A stretch of DNA of 64,000 nt, from NCBI RefSeq assembly GCF_001194135.2, contig NC_068982.1:5592585-5656584 (forward strand). Direction: 5' to 3'. Below are positions 60,593 through 64,000 of this stretch, one piece after another. The stretch comes from Octopus bimaculoides. Its lineage: Eukaryota. Both the position numbers and the translations under genes were made by a program. Numbering within the stretch: the first letter of the stretch is position 1; every line of letters begins with the position of its first letter. A model generated the notes under the pieces. That model ran no database searches, was not told the origin of the DNA, and was given only the letters and a program-made list of their open reading frames with translations.

Positions 60593-61765
60593 GCTGCCAA
60601 TGCTTCCTTTCCATAAACAGTTTTGCGGTTATCCAGGCACATCTCTCTTCTTTGCCTTCGGGCTGCTGCCACAGCTCTACGGAGTGGTGGTTCTTCAAAG
60701 TGTCCATGATATATTTATCCCTGGTATCAAATTGTACCAGGGTTTTTGTTCCGTCTTTTTTCTTCTCTTCTGGGACAGTGGGGTGGGATCTTTAATCTTT
60801 TCTTTGTGGGGGGAGGGGGGCATATGGATGGAGAAAGTGCATGCGTTCTCTTATTTTTCTGGGTGTCATGACCCCCCCCCCCTNNNNNNNNNNNNNNNNN
60901 NNNNNNNNNNNNNNNNNNNNNNNNNNNNNNNNNNNNNNNNNNNNNNNNNNNNNNNNNNNNNNNNNNNNNNNNNNNNNNNNNNNNNNNNNNNNNNNNNNNN
61001 NNNNNNNNNNNNNNNNNNNNNNNNNNNNNNNNNNNNNNNNNNNNNNNNNNNNNNNNNNNNNNNNNNNNNNNNNNNNNNNNNNNNNNNNNNNNNNNNNNNN
61101 NNNNNNNNNNNNNNNNNNNNNNNNNNNNNNNNNNNNNNNNNNNNNNNNNNNNNNNNNNNNNNNNNNNNNNNNNNNNNNNNNNNNNNNNNNNNNNNNNNNN
61201 NNNNNNNNNNNNNNNNNNNNNNNNNNNNNNNGGCAGTGCAGGTGATTTGGAGGAAGGTAATTTTGTCCGTCCTGTTATACAACAGGGCGGCCATCACCTC
61301 CTTTGCCTCAATTTCTGGTGGTACTTCCGATACTCTGACTCGTGCTGTTCTCCTTCCCATGTAGGTTGGGAGCAGCAGCACCTCCTTCGTTTTCAGAGGA
61401 CCTACTGAGTGCTCTTGGGCTTTTTCGGCCGTCTCAAATCTGGCCTCTATTGTTCTATATGCCCGACCCCTCGCTATGTGCTTTATGTCTTTCCATATAG
61501 GGGCCAGGCATTTTTCTATTTCGCACGTTTCGAAGTGCTTAAATATTTTCGATGTAGGACAGTACGTTTTGTAAACGACTGTCCTTCTCTTCATATTTTC
61601 CACACTAGGGGAGGGTGAGATCTTTATATCCCCACTCTCCTCTTTCATTCTTTCAAAACGCTCGGAGAGCTTCTCCTTTTGTATTATCACGTTTTCACAT
61701 GAAAACTGCCGCGAACTTTTTTGCTGGCTCATCCAGCGGGTTTACTTGTTGAATTATTTCAACCG
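60590..61765 (-). mobile_element. L1/Tx1-type LINE ORF1 (gag-like), interrupted by an assembly gap
   Basis: Open frame from ATG 61732 for 167 codons up to the gap, including LLPTYMGRRTARVRVSEVPPEI, which resembles the Tx1 ORF1 RVVLSNVPPF motif. Coding-like sequence continues beyond the gap. Confidence 0.6.
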
Positions 61766-61788
61766 ACATTAAAAAAAAAAAAAAAATT

Positions 61789-62140
61789 ATACGCCCTTTT
61801 AAATCCTAGCCAGGCTCATGGGGCCTGGTTTCCCGGTTTCTATGGCGTATGTGTTCCCCTGGTGAGTGAACAAGTTATATACGTACGTATGGTGCATATA
61901 TATATATATATTGTGTTGAGTACAAAGTTACTTTATTCGTCAACTTACAACAAAAACATCCAAGCATTCGCAATAGAAGCCATAGAAGCCATCGTGTTGC
62001 ACCGTCTGAAGCCATCTTTCTTCCTGGTTTTTAACCCTACGCTGATACCAGTTCTGTCTTTCGAGGCGAAGAACTTCACTGAAGTTTCCGCTTCCTCTTG
62101 GTTGATGAAGTGTCGCGAGAGCAGAAGGTGAGCCACGGAT
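61789..62140 (-). mobile_element. RTE-type LINE 3' end
   Basis: C-terminal remnant ...DGFRRCNTMA followed by the 3' UTR ggggaacacatacgccatagaaaccgggaaaccaggccccatgagcctggctagg. Confidence 0.55.
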
Positions 62141-62267
62141 CGAAATAAGTACGCATACACACATACACACACAAATGTGTATCGTGCCTCGCCTCCAATG
62201 TATACACACACACACCCAATGTGTCGAGTGAAAAGTTTTGCAAAATTTTTGTAGCTTATTTTGTCGG

Positions 62268-62657
62268 TGCAGGAGAGGCTGCGTAGCAAGACGCTTGCTT
62301 CCCAACCACATGGTTCCGGGTTCAGTCCCACTGCGTGACACCTTGGGCAAATGTTTTCTACTCTAGCCTCGGGCAGATCAAAGCCTTGTGAGTAGGTTTG
62401 GTAGTCGGAAACTGAAGGAAGCCCGTCGTATATATATATAAATATGTATTTGTGTGTCTGTGTTTGTCCCCCCACCATCGTTTGACAACCGATGTTGGTG
62501 TGTTTACGCCCCCGTAACTTAGCGGTTCGGTAGCAGACCGATAGAATAAGTACTAGGCTTACAAAAAATAAGTTCTGGAGTCGATTTGTTCGACTAAAGA
62601 CGATGCTTCAGCATGGCCACAGTCAAATAACTGAAACAAGTAAAAGAATAAAAGAAT
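62268..62657 (+). mobile_element. SINE family A, full length
   Basis: Head-to-tail match ending gaaacaagtaaaagaataaaaga. Confidence 0.9.
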
Positions 62658-63344
62658 ATTTGCTTTATTCGCAAAGCTACAACAAAGGCAGCCTAGCATT
62701 CAAACTAGAGGCCATTGTGTTGCACCGTCTTCGCAATTTTCCGTGGGCAGTTTGGAATGTAGAAATAAACCATTTCTGATGAGTCTTATTAAAAATGGCA
62801 TTAGTCAGTTCTACCTTCAACTGAAGCTATCGAAATTCCTGTGGCTTAACCACAAGCCCTAATTGCACTGTGAAGCCAAATATATATCTAATAACCATAT
62901 GGGTATAACTGTATGTGTGTGTGCGGAGTGTAGGGGGCTTGTTTGTGTGCGTGCGTGTGAGAGAAAGGAGCGTCGTTTAAGTGGCGGAAAGTGAACTTAA
63001 TGAAAACAAGGCCGTTTCAAATATACTGAATGAAAATCTGGAATAAATCCATTCTGCGCCAGCATGCAATAGGCTAGTTAGGGACCCAGTTCTTCAAATG
63101 ACTCCTAAAGCAATGCAATTTGTTATCGTTTTCGTACGATCAACGAAGTTAAACTAATTTTTTGTAGCAAGAGAAAGGATTAGAAGCTTTACGTTAAAAG
63201 GGTCGCCAAAATCAAAAACAAGACGAATGAATAAAAGAAACCACAAAGTCCCTTTATGTGTAGCTAGGAATATATGCATGCTGTTAGAAGATCCTTAACT
63301 CACAGATTCCATGGACGAAATCATAAACCTAAGCAAAGATAACT

Positions 63345-63488
63345 ATAATTTCTGTCTACCAAATCCACTTAGAAGGCTTTTGTCGGCCCGAGGCAAGAGT
63401 AGAAGATACTTGCCAGAGGTGCCACGCAGTGGGACTGAACCCAGAACCATGTGGCTGGTAAGCAAGCTTCTTACCACACAGCCACGCT
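63345..63488 (-). mobile_element. SINE family A, head half
   Basis: ctaccaaatccac...accacacagccacgc. Confidence 0.85.
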
Positions 63489-63861
63489 AGTAATATTTAA
63501 TTGTAAAAATACAACAGGATTTTTTAGACATCGAAAGATCATGAGGGTCCACTTGAATAAAATAGGAATCGAAAGTGTCCATAGGTAAAATTTGGTTGCG
63601 GACCATTGTATTAGATGACCATAATAGGAGAGCTAAACACAATGCGAAGCAGGCAAATGAGAACTGTTCCGAAAAACTTCTCACAAAGGGGAAAAAACGA
63701 CAAATGGATAAGACCTAATATATTTCTGGCAAAAGACTTAGAATAAACAAAATAACAATGCAAATGGATCTGGAGTACTTCAAAATACGAAACCTTACAA
63801 CAAACAAGACATCATTATAAGCACTAGTTTATCAAATTTTTGATAATTCCTGTCCTAATTT

Positions 63862-63990
63862 AAGTAGCTTGCTTACCAGCCACATGGTTCCGGGTTCAGT
63901 CCCACTGCGTGGAACCTTGGGCAAGTGTCTTCTGCCATGTGAATTGATTTGGTAGACGGAAACTGAAAGAAGCCCCTCGTATGTATATAT
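63862..63990 (+). mobile_element. SINE family A, head half
   Basis: agcttgcttaccagccacatggttccgggttcagtcccactgcgtgg...gaaagaagccc. Confidence 0.85.
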
Positions 63991-64000
63991 ATATTCGTGT

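Overview
Eukaryotic, AT-rich, repeat-dense draft scaffold with many N gaps and microsatellites. The repeat families match my recollection of octopus (cephalopod) sequence; the species is inferred, not proven. The only confidently supported gene is a 112-aa NRARP orthologue (Notch-regulated ankyrin repeat protein, 10091-10429, +, uninterrupted CDS). The rest is mobile DNA: three tRNA-derived SINE families (my labels A, B, C), decayed CR1-type, L1/Tx1-type, RTE-type and R4/Dong-type LINE fragments, Penelope-like fragments, a decayed Tigger/pogo transposon, and several MITEs. The most interesting signals are minimal type I hammerhead-ribozyme motifs in the Penelope-like fragments, a 3' tail shared by a SINE-B variant and LINE-like elements, a possible dimeric SINE, two hAT MITEs stacked at one target site, long internal hairpins, and a possible orphan minus-strand exon. 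I found no clearly new biological system: hammerheads in Penelope-like elements are known at family level. Repeat boundaries were read by eye and are approximate.
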